Made by a program: the position numbers and the translations under genes. 64,000 nucleotides of DNA from a virus (taxonomy: Duplodnaviria > Caudoviricetes), in IMG/VR virus record IMGVR_UViG_3300037067_019009, positions 32,001 through 96,000 of that record; one strand, written 5' to 3'. The notes under the pieces were generated by a model, which saw only the letters and a list, made by a program, of their open reading frames with translations, did not search any database and had not been told where the DNA came from. Positions 1-9,838 of the stretch are shown piece after piece. Positions within the stretch are counted from its first letter, which is position 1; the number at the start of each line of letters is the position of its first letter.

Positions 1-1798
1 CAGACATATACAACTTATCCACAGCTCTCGTCATGGCGACATAGCATAGTCTTCTTTCTTCTTCTATTGCCTCTTCAGAGTCGAGGCTTTTTAGGTGTGG
101 AAGCAGCCCCTCTTCCATCCCTACCACGAATACTACCGGGAACTCTAGACCTTTAGCCTGATGTATAGTCATGAGCTTGACGGCCGGGGCCTCTTCCTGA
201 CTAGCGAAGGCGCTAGAAACGGCAACTTTCTCTAGTATGATTGGAAGGGCCTCGCCGCATTCTCCATCATAATCGCGCAGCATATCTATAAACCTGCTTA
301 TAGTATTGAGTCTGGAGGGGCCATTGTCAAGGGACACGACATAATCTTTCAACCGAATGGACATTATTACGTCTATAACTGATAGCAAGCTTAAAGACTC
401 AGCCATACCTATTAGAGACTCTATTTCCTCTTTGAATGATACGAGCGTTCCCCATACCGTCTCAGCTATCCACGCAGGCCTATCCATACTTAGCGCCTGG
501 AACATACTTACCTCATGTGCAGCCGCGTAACCTTCGAGTTTTACTACCGATCCGGACGTTGTTCCGAATGCCAACAAGAGTTTTCTGAGTGCCAAGTCAT
601 CATTCTGGTTAAGGATAAGCCTGAGGTAGCTGATTAAAAGTTTGACTTCATGTTTGCTGGTTATGTTGGCGCCGCCAGACATCGTGTACGGGATATTCCT
701 AGTAAGCAATGCATGCTCTATGGTAAAACATAATACCCTAAGCCTACATAAAACAGCAATCTCCTCGAACTTATAACTATCAAGTAAAGACAGTATTTTA
801 TCAGCTACCCCTTCCGCCTCGTCCGAACCAGATTCAAACCATGCCTTAACAACCTCCCCACCTTCTTTTTCCGCGACGCTAGGGAGGTTGACGTAGCTTT
901 TATTTCTCGATATGAGACTGTCAGCAGCGTTAACAATTCTGCTGCCTGAACGATAATTCTTATGTAAAGCATATACCTTAGCTCCCTTGTAATTTTTAGA
1001 GAAGTCAAGCATCAGCTTGTAATCCGAGTCACGAAAAGAATAGATACTTTGCGATAGATCTCCTACCACAAATATATTGTTATGAAGTTCTACTATCTTT
1101 CTAAGTAGCAACTCTTCCGCATGAGCCGTGTCTTGATATTCATCCACGCACACGCACCGGAACCTGCCATGAATTGAGGCCCGAGCCACTACACTGTTTT
1201 CCATGACGTTAATAGTGGTAGTTATAAGATCATCGAAATCCAAACCGCCTATGCGGCGAAGTTCTTTTTGATACAGCTCATAGGCCAGGCTGAGCTCTTC
1301 TATCCACCTGGGGCTTAGTAAGCCGGAGTAGAGATCTTTTATCGAAGCTAGTTTTCTTTTAGATTTGGATACGGCATGGAGCAATGTTTCCGGCTTGGTC
1401 TCAGTTTCCAACTGCTTGGCTATATTGACCATTATCTTTAAGGATTCAGCACCATCTATTATAGTAAACTCTTTGGGAACCAAGCCCAATTCCCCGAATC
1501 CTCTCAGCATTCTGGCACATATGGAATGGAAGGTACCCACCCACATACCCTTTATTCTGCTATCTATGAGTGTGGCCAAACGTTCTTTCATTTCAGTGGC
1601 CGCCTTATTGGTGAAAGTGAAGCACGCGATAGCTTCTGGAGACACCCCGTGCTCTAACATGTATGCAATTCTGTGGGTAAGCAGCCTGGTTTTGCCAGAC
1701 CCAGCTCCACTCTGCACTAACACAGGACCATTTATAATCTTCGCCGCGGTGGCTTGGTCTTTATCGAGTGAAGAAAGCAGCTTACTCCCCATATCCAT
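1..1798 (-). CDS. pcrA: UvrD/PcrA-family SF1 DNA helicase (3' end runs off the window; absent from the ORF track)
   Basis: Manual translation: MDMGSKLLSSLDKDQATAAKIINGPVLVQSGAGSGKTRLLTHRIAYM...FTFTNKAATEMKERL; VDEYQDT; TIHQAKGLEF; EEERRLCYVAMTRA. Confidence 0.95.
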   Translation of the reverse strand, partial: MDMGSKLLSSLDKDQATAAKIINGPVLVQSGAGSGKTRLLTHRIAYMLEHGVSPEAIACFTFTNKAATEMKERLATLIDSRIKGMWVGTFHSICARMLRGFGELGLVPKEFTIIDGAESLKIMVNIAKQLETETKPETLLHAVSKSKRKLASIKDLYSGLLSPRWIEELSLAYELYQKELRRIGGLDFDDLITTTINVMENSVVARASIHGRFRCVCVDEYQDTAHAEELLLRKIVELHNNIFVVGDLSQSIYSFRDSDYKLMLDFSKNYKGAKVYALHKNYRSGSRIVNAADSLISRNKSYVNLPSVAEKEGGEVVKAWFESGSDEAEGVADKILSLLDSYKFEEIAVLCRLRVLCFTIEHALLTRNIPYTMSGGANITSKHEVKLLISYLRLILNQNDDLALRKLLLAFGTTSGSVVKLEGYAAAHEVSMFQALSMDRPAWIAETVWGTLVSFKEEIESLIGMAESLSLLSVIDVIMSIRLKDYVVSLDNGPSRLNTISRFIDMLRDYDGECGEALPIILEKVAVSSAFASQEEAPAVKLMTIHQAKGLEFPVVFVVGMEEGLLPHLKSLDSEEAIEEERRLCYVAMTRAVDKLYMS

Positions 1799-1919
1799 CA
1801 TTTATCTCATCTTGTTCATCTTCCAGCTCTTGCATCTCTTCAGCGGTCAGCTCATAGTAGCACTCCTCGCAGAAATTATCATAGCCTGGAATATCCTCTC
1901 CACAATTGAGACACTGCAT
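1782..1919 (-). CDS. small acidic zinc-finger protein (45 aa)
   Basis: Manual translation MQCLNCGEDIPGYDNFCEECYYEL...; GAGGAGG upstream. Confidence 0.65.
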   Translation of the reverse strand: MQCLNCGEDIPGYDNFCEECYYELTAEEMQELEDEQDEINDGYGE

Positions 1920-1921
1920 AG

Positions 1922-2107
1922 TTATTCCTCCTCTACCTCAGGTAATTCTTTATACCATTCAAAGCAGCTATTAGCATCTAGCGGGATCTCATAATCTATC
2001 GCGTCAAAGTCTCCATTCTCAGCCCGTATGATAGCCTCAGCTTCGTCCACTGCTGTTATAGTGGCAGTGGCTGGGCACACTAGCTCTCCAGCAAAACGAT
2101 AAATCAT
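1922..2107 (-). CDS. small acidic protein, 'xA-x-s-x-EEA' (DpnD/PcfM-like) family
   Basis: ATITAVDEAEAI motif; GGAG RBS. Confidence 0.6.
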   Translation of the reverse strand: MIYRFAGELVCPATATITAVDEAEAIIRAENGDFDAIDYEIPLDANSCFEWYKELPEVEEE

Positions 2108-2108
2108 A

Positions 2109-2291
2109 TTACTCTCCGACCTCCTCTATCTCTTGAATAACTATTTCGGCAGTCGCAGCATCTTCTACACTTAGTCTCCCATCGAGCAGCATAAGTTCAA
2201 CCTTATCCCCGGCGGCGTCGATATCCGGAGCTTCCACGATGACTTCCTTTGTAGCAGAAGTCCTCCTTGTTATAGTAACTCTATACTTCAC
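2109..2291 (-). CDS. small acidic protein, DpnD/PcfM-like family
   Basis: MKYRVTI...VIVEAPDIDAA. Confidence 0.6.
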   Translation of the reverse strand: MKYRVTITRRTSATKEVIVEAPDIDAAGDKVELMLLDGRLSVEDAATAEIVIQEIEEVGE

Positions 2292-2601
2292 CTAATATAT
2301 CCTCCAATGCTTCTCGCACCAAAGCGATAGTTTCTTTCGCTGTATCTCCACTACCCACAGCCTCGCAGGTGAATAAGTTTTCTACGGACCACGTCCACTT
2401 ATCTCCCTCATTGAAGGCAATGATCTGAATTAGCCTCATCTTACTAGTACTGTCTACCAATTGGTAACAGGCACGCCCGTCGGATACGCCGCAGTTAATG
2501 GTTATGACTTCCGGCGCAAGCAAAGATTCTAATAAATCTTGTAGCATGCTAACAAAGGTCTCTTGGCCAGGACACGTTGCTCCAGTGTACTTAAATGTCA
2601 T
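2281..2601 (-). CDS. hypothetical protein
   Basis: ORF with AGGAGG RBS, overlaps next gene. Confidence 0.7.
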   Translation of the reverse strand: MTFKYTGATCPGQETFVSMLQDLLESLLAPEVITINCGVSDGRACYQLVDSTSKMRLIQIIAFNEGDKWTWSVENLFTCEAVGSGDTAKETIALVREALEDILGEV

Positions 2602-2635
2602 CCTCTTTCCTCCTATAGTTCCTTACTTCACTACT

Positions 2636-2920
2636 TCATTTTACTTTAGCTAGAAGCCCAGCTTTCCTGGGCTCCAATAATGCCCCCAGCCCCAATAATA
2701 ACAGATCCCAAGGCCCACCAACCAGCCTCCTAAACCCGATCACCTTGCCTGCCTTCCAGATCCCAGGTTCCTTGTTTTTATTAGTCCACTTAAACAGTTT
2801 GATTATGTAATTACCAACCCGGCGATCTCCAGTACCATCATTGATGATATGCGCTGTCCCCAGGTTCACCTTCCTGGACTCATCCCCATGAGGCCACAGT
2901 TCTATCTTTACTACTAACAT
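2636..2920 (-). CDS. hypothetical protein
   Basis: MLVVKIELWP...IINDGTG...GNY; packed ORF. Confidence 0.7.
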   Translation of the reverse strand: MLVVKIELWPHGDESRKVNLGTAHIINDGTGDRRVGNYIIKLFKWTNKNKEPGIWKAGKVIGFRRLVGGPWDLLLLGLGALLEPRKAGLLAKVK

Positions 2921-2985
2921 TAACCTAGATAATCCTCATCTGCCTCACGTAAATCTAGTCTAGTATCTCCAAGGCAAGCATACTA

Positions 2986-3252
2986 TTACTTCTCCTTCTC
3001 GGTCACCAGTGGACGATCAAGAATATCATAAGATTCCTCTTTACCGAGTGCCTCCTGAGCCTTCTCGAAATATATGTCTACACGCGTCTGCACATCGTCA
3101 GGCATAGCATCGGTATCCTCAAACATAGTATCCCAGAACTCCACAACGTAGTTATCTAGTGCCTCATAAGCCAATTCATGAGTAGTATAGACGCTTGCAT
3201 CGATTCCATCATCGTTGGAAATCATCAAAACGTAAACAGTTTTACTCTCCAA
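2986..3252 (-). CDS. hypothetical acidic protein
   Basis: packed minus-strand ORF with AAGGAG RBS. Confidence 0.65.
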   Translation of the reverse strand: MESKTVYVLMISNDDGIDASVYTTHELAYEALDNYVVEFWDTMFEDTDAMPDDVQTRVDIYFEKAQEALGKEESYDILDRPLVTEKEK

Positions 3253-3257
3253 TAGCG

Positions 3258-3473
3258 TTACTCCTTTACTAACCCGAATGAGAAGTCTATATACTCCCAG
3301 CCTCCATCTGGCTCCTCATCCCAATCTATCCTAGGGTCTGTAGTTTGTATACTAAACGTTTTAAGTCTCTCTTCAAACTCCTCCACTGTCCCAGCGAATG
3401 TACCATACAAGGTAATATCACCGGTATCGGTATAATATGATTTCTCTACTCTTACTACCTTACTCACCCCCAC
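3258..3473 (-). CDS. hypothetical protein
   Basis: packed minus-strand ORF. Confidence 0.6.
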   Translation of the reverse strand: MGVSKVVRVEKSYYTDTGDITLYGTFAGTVEEFEERLKTFSIQTTDPRIDWDEEPDGGWEYIDFSFGLVKE

Positions 3474-3491
3474 TTCTAAAGTATCAGCTAC

Positions 3492-4250
3492 TCAAATATT
3501 GCGCTGGTCCTCCGAAATGTAATCGTTAACATAGTCAGCGAATTTCCCGCTCAGCCTTTGGCTATCAATAAAAGCACACGCTATTTCTAAGAGGTAGGTA
3601 TCGTATACATAGCAGCCTTCCAATTTGGTTAGCATATCCCATGATGGTCTAGCGATGCCAGACACATCGCTATTACACACCGTTTTAGTAGAGAGGTTAT
3701 CTATAATTTCCTTGCTAGCTTTAATAGCCTCATCTATACCCTCGAATCCCCACTGGGAATCCTCCTCGCAGCCTTCTTCATCCTCAATAACATAGCCGTA
3801 CACTTCCCCGTTTACCCATTTAGAATACTGGCGTATTTCTTCTACTAATAGCTTCTTAACTTTAGCCTTTAGCTCGGCGGCTATGTATGTAACGTCATAC
3901 TCCCTTGCGACATCTTCTCTAGTTGCAAGTATAAAACCCACTCTTCCCGAATCCCATGGACATGGAAACCCAGTAGTATTGAACATAACTCCACCATGCT
4001 CGTACTTGTACACTGGCACATATTCGCATTCAGGGTAGTCTTCCATGACCGCCGCGTCTAGTTCATTCCACCTAGAGTATTCTTTAGGGTTGTAATTAGT
4101 GGCAGTCTCACTAATCTCAGTAACTCCATGCTTACCGAAGATTACTAACTTTCCGAGATTATCCCACTCTCTCGGGCTTTCAGCCAAGTCATCTATGAAT
4201 ATTTTTATAGTGTATTTTTTGTAACTCAACTTTTCCAAATAGTCTGTCAT
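3492..4250 (-). CDS. conserved phage hypothetical protein
   Basis: SPREWDNLG / YxHGG / CPWDSGRVG / GEVYGY motifs typical of a phage/MGE family. Confidence 0.7.
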   Translation of the reverse strand: MTDYLEKLSYKKYTIKIFIDDLAESPREWDNLGKLVIFGKHGVTEISETATNYNPKEYSRWNELDAAVMEDYPECEYVPVYKYEHGGVMFNTTGFPCPWDSGRVGFILATREDVAREYDVTYIAAELKAKVKKLLVEEIRQYSKWVNGEVYGYVIEDEEGCEEDSQWGFEGIDEAIKASKEIIDNLSTKTVCNSDVSGIARPSWDMLTKLEGCYVYDTYLLEIACAFIDSQRLSGKFADYVNDYISEDQRNI

Positions 4251-4251
4251 G

Positions 4252-4557
4252 TCAACCCCCTAGTAGCAGCCATCCCATCACCCATTTACCGTCCGTGCTA
4301 TCGACTACCCTGGCGTCAGCGTCCACAGCTATATCGAAGTTGTCTTCGTAGAGACTCTTTGCTTCCGATATATCAGCTATACGTGTATGCTTTTGTGCAT
4401 CGATCTCACTCAATTCCCTGAGTAGCTCACGTATCACGTACGCACGCAACTGCCCCTCTTCAGCTGTGATGCCTAGAAATGCCAGGTCGGCCAGGGCGCG
4501 GGAAAGGACTTTATCTACCATAGGCAGTAATTCATCATCTATTCTTATCCATGCCAT
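4252..4557 (-). CDS. hypothetical protein
   Basis: packed ORF. Confidence 0.65.
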   Translation of the reverse strand: MAWIRIDDELLPMVDKVLSRALADLAFLGITAEEGQLRAYVIRELLRELSEIDAQKHTRIADISEAKSLYEDNFDIAVDADARVVDSTDGKWVMGWLLLGG

Positions 4558-4570
4558 AATGTGTCCCTCA

Positions 4571-5242
4571 TTAGTGTCTGTCTATGTAGAAGTGAGATCT
4601 ACCCAAGAGAGTTAGTTTGCCTTCTCGTATGTCTAATAAATCTGCTACTATCTCTTTCGGCGTTCTTGAAAATATTAACGGCTTGGCGATAATCTCCCAA
4701 GGGGCTAAGGCAACATCCAAGCCGGAGTCCACAATCCAGTTGATGAGTGCTTCGACCTCATCATAAACATCAGCGCCCAGCGAATTTTCCCACTCTATAA
4801 ACTTCGCGTAGGCTTCGCTAGCTACAGGAGAATCTCCTCCCCAATAGAGTTTAGTATCATACGTAAGCACGTCTTTCCACCCAGTGCCGATGAATCTAAG
4901 ACTTAACTCCTTTTCCAAAACCTCGGCCACACTAGAGGTAATATCAAGCCAGCCCTCACTATTTTTATATATGGACCCAGCGGCGAATTCCTCAGGCAGG
5001 TCTCCATCCTCAGCATAGTCTCCTACCACAGCTATCCTATCACCAGCCCACCTACCTACCATCGGGTGGTATTTAAGGTCACCTCCACCCCTACCATTAG
5101 AACAGGCTAAGAGTACTATAAGAGCCGCTCCCGTCCCTGGATAGGAGGCAATTTGCTCCCAGAGCTTCAACCCACTACCAAGACCATGTGGGTTGATGAC
5201 TTCCTTCTTATCCAAATTGCAGATTTTATAATATTGTCCCAC
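4571..5242 (-). CDS. conserved phage hypothetical protein (MGQYY...GRWAGDRI family)
   Basis: MGQYYKICNLDKKE; GRWAGDRIAVVGDY; GGAGG RBS. Confidence 0.7.
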   Translation of the reverse strand: MGQYYKICNLDKKEVINPHGLGSGLKLWEQIASYPGTGAALIVLLACSNGRGGGDLKYHPMVGRWAGDRIAVVGDYAEDGDLPEEFAAGSIYKNSEGWLDITSSVAEVLEKELSLRFIGTGWKDVLTYDTKLYWGGDSPVASEAYAKFIEWENSLGADVYDEVEALINWIVDSGLDVALAPWEIIAKPLIFSRTPKEIVADLLDIREGKLTLLGRSHFYIDRH

Positions 5243-5259
5243 TACATTACCTCCATTCC

Positions 5260-5652
5260 TTATTTGGGCGTGTTACCTGTCTTCCGGTAACCAAGTTCCT
5301 CTAGTTTAGAGAACGCCCACTCATAGGTGGACATCCAGTATTGCTTTCCTTTGTAGATCACTACGACCCCGCCGCCATAAGCATCTAATCTGGGGCTGGA
5401 GCAGCTGGCAGACCATTCTATAACCACCAGGTCTGCCTTAGGGTAATGCTCCTGGTAAGTAGATATGATAGTGGCTACTGCCTCGGGGGCATTATATTCG
5501 GAGTGGAACCAAATACTTTTGTCGCCCTGCCTTTCATACTCATAGGCCGATTCATTTTCCTCGCCGTTCTCAGCTAATGCTTCTAGAAAGTCGCATGCCT
5601 TCTTACTTACACATTCTACTTTCACGCTAAACATTGTATAATAGTTAGCCAT
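5260..5652 (-). CDS. hypothetical protein
   Basis: MANYYTMFS...CSSPRLDAYGGG. Confidence 0.7.
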   Translation of the reverse strand: MANYYTMFSVKVECVSKKACDFLEALAENGEENESAYEYERQGDKSIWFHSEYNAPEAVATIISTYQEHYPKADLVVIEWSASCSSPRLDAYGGGVVVIYKGKQYWMSTYEWAFSKLEELGYRKTGNTPK

Positions 5653-5657
5653 CTATA

Positions 5658-5885
5658 CTACCCTTCCTTACAAGCAACATTATCTATCAAATTCAACAAG
5701 TTTCCCTTGCTATCACATAGCTCCCATGGTACCTCACCTGGGTCAAACGTCCTACTAAATACGGCACCTGTGTCATCGTTAGCTAGTATTTCTTCGGGGC
5801 GTAATTTCCTGGCCTCCGCTACCGAGGCAGCGGTGATCTCATAGGTACACCAGTGCAGCTCCGGCACATTCACCTCAAATTTCAT
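5658..5885 (-). CDS. small acidic protein, DpnD/PcfM-like family
   Basis: YEITAASVAEARK; GGAGG RBS. Confidence 0.6.
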   Translation of the reverse strand: MKFEVNVPELHWCTYEITAASVAEARKLRPEEILANDDTGAVFSRTFDPGEVPWELCDSKGNLLNLIDNVACKEG

Positions 5886-5898
5886 GTTATCCTCCCTA

Positions 5899-6678
5899 TT
5901 AAATGTGGCAGTCTATTCCCACTATCTTGTCTTCAGGATACTGTTTCAGAATACTCATGGCTTGGTCTTCCCACTCATCTTTTTCATCCTTAACATTACC
6001 AAACCAACCCATTTCTCCACGCTCGTACCACTTAACATCCGGGGTAAGTAGAGCAAACGGCACTTTTCCAGTGGCTATAAAATCAGACACTCTAGCAATA
6101 TTGCTCTCGAACTGTCTGTATTCGTCACCGAAGTTAAAGCCCGATGAATCATTTTCTGGTTTGCCTGCTATCTCCCCATTCCATCTACCACCATAACTCC
6201 AACAATCCCACTTAGAGTTGGGGTTATACGTAGTAGTTCTTATTCCCGAACCATGGCAGTCCTGGCAGTCCGGGTCCGGCTTATCTTTCAATGGATGAGT
6301 CTCTGCTGTACTTTGCTCAAACCTTCCACGTGGGAGGCAGTAGTCATCTTCCCATAGCTTTTGCAGCCTGTTACCGATGGAAGTTTTATTCATTATCTCT
6401 TCATCTAAGTCAGGTAAAGACACGCCGAGTTTCTCGGCTTCTGGAATCAGTACTTCCTTCCTATAGCGGTCCTGGATATCTGACCAGGTACCGTAGGCCT
6501 CATCAGCCGCGCTTCTGACAGCCTTTACCGCCTGTATCCCTACGCAAAAACAATCCTCTTCATATGCCGGAACCTGCAGGTTCTCATCAAAAGGCTCCAT
6601 CAACTCATTAACTAGGCTATCTATTTCTTCTTCCGGCGTATCTTTTGGTATTATCACACCCAACATGTAATGACTCAT
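5899..6678 (-). CDS. conserved phage hypothetical protein with CxxCxGxG insert
   Basis: YNPNSKWDCWSYGGRW, GEMGWFG, C-terminal DCHI. Confidence 0.7.
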   Translation of the reverse strand: MSHYMLGVIIPKDTPEEEIDSLVNELMEPFDENLQVPAYEEDCFCVGIQAVKAVRSAADEAYGTWSDIQDRYRKEVLIPEAEKLGVSLPDLDEEIMNKTSIGNRLQKLWEDDYCLPRGRFEQSTAETHPLKDKPDPDCQDCHGSGIRTTTYNPNSKWDCWSYGGRWNGEIAGKPENDSSGFNFGDEYRQFESNIARVSDFIATGKVPFALLTPDVKWYERGEMGWFGNVKDEKDEWEDQAMSILKQYPEDKIVGIDCHI

Positions 6679-6681
6679 CTC

Positions 6682-7617
6682 TTATCTACCCTCCTTAGTA
6701 AAACTTTCGAAAAACTTTTCTCGCGGTATAGTGAAGCCGGCCGCACTCGGATGCCCGCCGCCCCCATATTTCTCAGCCATTTTCCCAACATCTACGCCAC
6801 CCTCACTAATAGGTGTAGTAGCTCGCAAAGAAACTTTACAGAAATCCCCATCAAAAGCAAAGGCCACAACTATCGGGTAAGAACTGGTATCATCGCCAAA
6901 AGCCTCTATTCCAGCGTCACCCAAATTCAAGCACAGACATCTGTGGCCTTCTATATATGAGGTAAATGCTCTCTTCCTGGTATAGGAGGAATACCACTGT
7001 TTTTTATAGTCCTTGACAACCTCGCCCCTATCCAGTATTTTCCTGTAAGCCGTGGCCTTATCTAGAAGCCAGTACGCTGTATCAACATAACTGGGGCCTC
7101 CCAGATCGAATAGCTCCTCCCACACGCAGCTAAGGGGGTCGGTGGGTAGGGATTCCAGGCCAGAAATAAACAGTTCAGTAATAGTGCCATATTCCCACGT
7201 CCATGTATCCATATCGCTAATAAACTTTATCGCTAAAGGCACACCACACGTTTCATATAAATATTTCCATGTCAGCAGGCACGCTGACTCTTTAGTATCT
7301 CTAACGCCCATGGGATGAACGTTCGCAGATTCGTACTTTTCTAGGGCCGATCTATGATGATCTATCCATATGACATCAGCAGCTTTCTCCATAAGAAGTT
7401 TGTATTCATCAGGGCTTACCGAAAAGTCCACTATGAACACTAGATCCCCGTCATGTATATCTTCTGTTGAGATTGTAGCTGGATAATCTATTTGACAAAA
7501 GTCGCTATGCTCTACCGGTATATGATTGTCTATATGCCACTTATACACTATAGCAGCCGCACACTTCCCATCCAGGTCATCATGATAAAAACATTTCATA
7601 TCAAACTTTAATACCAA
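6682..7617 (-). CDS. DHH/DHHA1 family phosphoesterase (nanoRNase-like)
   Basis: YHDDLDG, VDFS, WIDHH, SLR, GGGGHPSAAGF. Confidence 0.92.
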   Translation of the reverse strand: MVLKFDMKCFYHDDLDGKCAAAIVYKWHIDNHIPVEHSDFCQIDYPATISTEDIHDGDLVFIVDFSVSPDEYKLLMEKAADVIWIDHHRSALEKYESANVHPMGVRDTKESACLLTWKYLYETCGVPLAIKFISDMDTWTWEYGTITELFISGLESLPTDPLSCVWEELFDLGGPSYVDTAYWLLDKATAYRKILDRGEVVKDYKKQWYSSYTRKRAFTSYIEGHRCLCLNLGDAGIEAFGDDTSSYPIVVAFAFDGDFCKVSLRATTPISEGGVDVGKMAEKYGGGGHPSAAGFTIPREKFFESFTKEGR

Positions 7618-7680
7618 TTTCCTTCCTTATAGATGCAGCACCCACTGATTAGTTTACCTAGCAAGCCGCGCCCTTTACAA

Positions 7681-8688
7681 CTACAGCCTCTTGGCCTCCA
7701 ACAGCACATCCACCAGCTCTTCTCTACTATGCGATAGTAAAAATGAATCTATATCTATCTTACTTTCCTCGTATAAAGGCAGGAACGCTCTATATACCTT
7801 AATCCCCGCGGCACTCAGCTTTTCTCCGAGCGAATATGCGGCATAATCTACATACTTGTTATTTCTTATCTGGGAATCGAACAATATCGTGCTCTCTTGT
7901 ATCCCCTTTTCTTTGCACACCTTAGCCACTATGTCATGTGCTGAATTCATCCCAGGAAGCCCGACGCAGTGAAACCCAGCCTGCACTGCCGCCATCGCCT
8001 TGAACTCACCTTCAGTGATTATTAGATCGCATTTCCTATCTGGGTTTACAAATCCCCAGAAGTAGTTATTAGACGATACATCATAAGGCCCAAGATAATC
8101 CCCAGACGTGACTACCCCGCGGCTCCTGAAGTACCACACTTTACCATCTACCCAGTAAGGGATGAGGATTCTGTTGTTGTACACGCTGCGATGGGTAAAA
8201 GTTTTACCGCCATCCGTACAGAGTAAGCCGCATGAAATTAGGGCAGGCTCGTCGAACTTCTTCGATAGTATCTTAATAGCGCCATTAGAAGAACGCAGCC
8301 CAAACTTTGAATACGGGCTCTTTATGCCCCTCTCAGCTAACTTATCTCTATGTTCTCTAGTGAGCCCAGCTTCGTTGAACAAATGAGTATAGACATCAAG
8401 GGCCACACCTTGATCAAATCTAGAAATTGCAGTCTCTCTTTTATATAAAGAGTAACTTCCGCCTGGAGAGTCCCTCATTATGCGAGCGAACTTCACTGCG
8501 TTACCTTGACCGAGCCCATCAGGAGCCGTAGCACACTTGTGACAGTAGTACAGGCCCTCAGAGTTTACATAAAGATGCCGGCTTCTTTTTCCCTGATCGC
8601 ATCGCCAACAGTGGAAAGCCCAGACATTCCCGCACCTCTTGCCTTCACCGAGGTGTTTTTCAAAAAGCAAAAGATTATCAAGCGCCAC
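7681..8688 (-). CDS. DNA primase-like protein (Zn finger + TOPRIM)
   Basis: CWRC...H...YCHKC zinc finger; IITEGEFKA; FDS; DIDSF. Confidence 0.85.
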   Translation of the reverse strand: MALDNLLLFEKHLGEGKRCGNVWAFHCWRCDQGKRSRHLYVNSEGLYYCHKCATAPDGLGQGNAVKFARIMRDSPGGSYSLYKRETAISRFDQGVALDVYTHLFNEAGLTREHRDKLAERGIKSPYSKFGLRSSNGAIKILSKKFDEPALISCGLLCTDGGKTFTHRSVYNNRILIPYWVDGKVWYFRSRGVVTSGDYLGPYDVSSNNYFWGFVNPDRKCDLIITEGEFKAMAAVQAGFHCVGLPGMNSAHDIVAKVCKEKGIQESTILFDSQIRNNKYVDYAAYSLGEKLSAAGIKVYRAFLPLYEESKIDIDSFLLSHSREELVDVLLEAKRL

Positions 8689-8697
8689 GTCTCCTCC

Positions 8698-8904
8698 CTA
8701 CTCAGTCTTCCTAGGAACTAAGTCTTCAGCCAGTATCTCCATGCTGGACCAATAAAGCTGCTCCACATAGTCGTTTTCCATCCTCTCTGCGAGACGCTCC
8801 ATATCTTCATCAGAGGTATTAGAAGTATCGAACCCCAACATTCTAAGATCATCCCTGTGGATACGAGTAACGATGAAAAATCCATCCTCCGTATTTCTAT
8901 CCAA
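8698..8904 (-). CDS. hypothetical protein
   Basis: GGAGGTG RBS; packed ORF. Confidence 0.65.
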   Translation of the reverse strand: MDRNTEDGFFIVTRIHRDDLRMLGFDTSNTSDEDMERLAERMENDYVEQLYWSSMEILAEDLVPRKTE

Positions 8905-8940
8905 AACCAGTCACCTCCTCAAGCCACCAATGATCATAGA

Positions 8941-9489
8941 CTATTTCTTTCGCTCTTTGTACTTCCTCTTACACCACTCCCGTTGCTTTGCCAGCTTTTC
9001 CTTATGCCTGAGTTTTGCTTCCTCTTCCTTATTTTTGTCTACACCAGCAGCATCAGCGCAACGTGTTATAGAGATGAGATCATCCAATGGGATAACTATC
9101 CATGAGCCAGCGGTCTTGAAATCAAACTGCTTGTAATGGTAGTGGCCGTAAGGATACATGCGGTGCTGCTTCTTATTCGTACAGTCTACTACCTCTTCAA
9201 TACTATAATCTTCCTGGCCTGGCCAATCTTCGAGTGGTAGCATAGCAAGAGTCCAGTAGTTATCACAGCATATACCGAGTACTGACTTTTTATTTCTGGC
9301 CGTGGCATGTTTGAGTAAGGTAATGAGCCAAGTTTCGCTTAGATCAAGAACCGGGCTTCGCCACTTAGCTTCTACCAAAAAGAACTTGTTTTGTGCGTCA
9401 CCCTTCTGCCACTTGTTACCACTTCCTATTGTCAGGTACCCATGTATCTTACGAGCTAGATCCTTCTCCAGGCGTCTCCAGTTTTCCAT
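8941..9489 (-). CDS. PD-(D/E)xK Holliday junction resolvase-like nuclease
   Basis: E..LAR...GSGN...KGD...LVEAK catalytic pattern. Confidence 0.7.
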   Translation of the reverse strand: MENWRRLEKDLARKIHGYLTIGSGNKWQKGDAQNKFFLVEAKWRSPVLDLSETWLITLLKHATARNKKSVLGICCDNYWTLAMLPLEDWPGQEDYSIEEVVDCTNKKQHRMYPYGHYHYKQFDFKTAGSWIVIPLDDLISITRCADAAGVDKNKEEEAKLRHKEKLAKQREWCKRKYKERKK

Positions 9490-9832
9490 GCAGATCTACC
9501 AAACTCCTTATACCTTCGATAGCGGCGTAGAGAAGATCAATGCTGGCCTCTAGCTTAGAAATAGCTATTTCTACAAGGTCCGGGTTATCATCCTCTCCAT
9601 CACATCCCTCTATAAGTTCTATTACTAGATGATCTAGTAAGGAGTCTCCCGATTTAAGTTCTACCGCCTTGTTATAAGAGGTTGGGCTGACAAAGCCATG
9701 TTCTCTGCAAAACCCTTCTTGCGCTGCCGCTAATACTTTCTCCATAGGACTTAGCGTAGCGTACACGCTACGCGGTATCTTACCTTCATTATCAGTAGTA
9801 AGTTTACTCGGATCGAAGTCATGTATATCCAT
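9449..9832 (-). CDS. hypothetical protein
   Basis: packed ORF. Confidence 0.6.
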   Translation of the reverse strand: MDIHDFDPSKLTTDNEGKIPRSVYATLSPMEKVLAAAQEGFCREHGFVSPTSYNKAVELKSGDSLLDHLVIELIEGCDGEDDNPDLVEIAISKLEASIDLLYAAIEGIRSLVDLHGKLETPGEGSSS

Positions 9833-9838
9833 AATTAA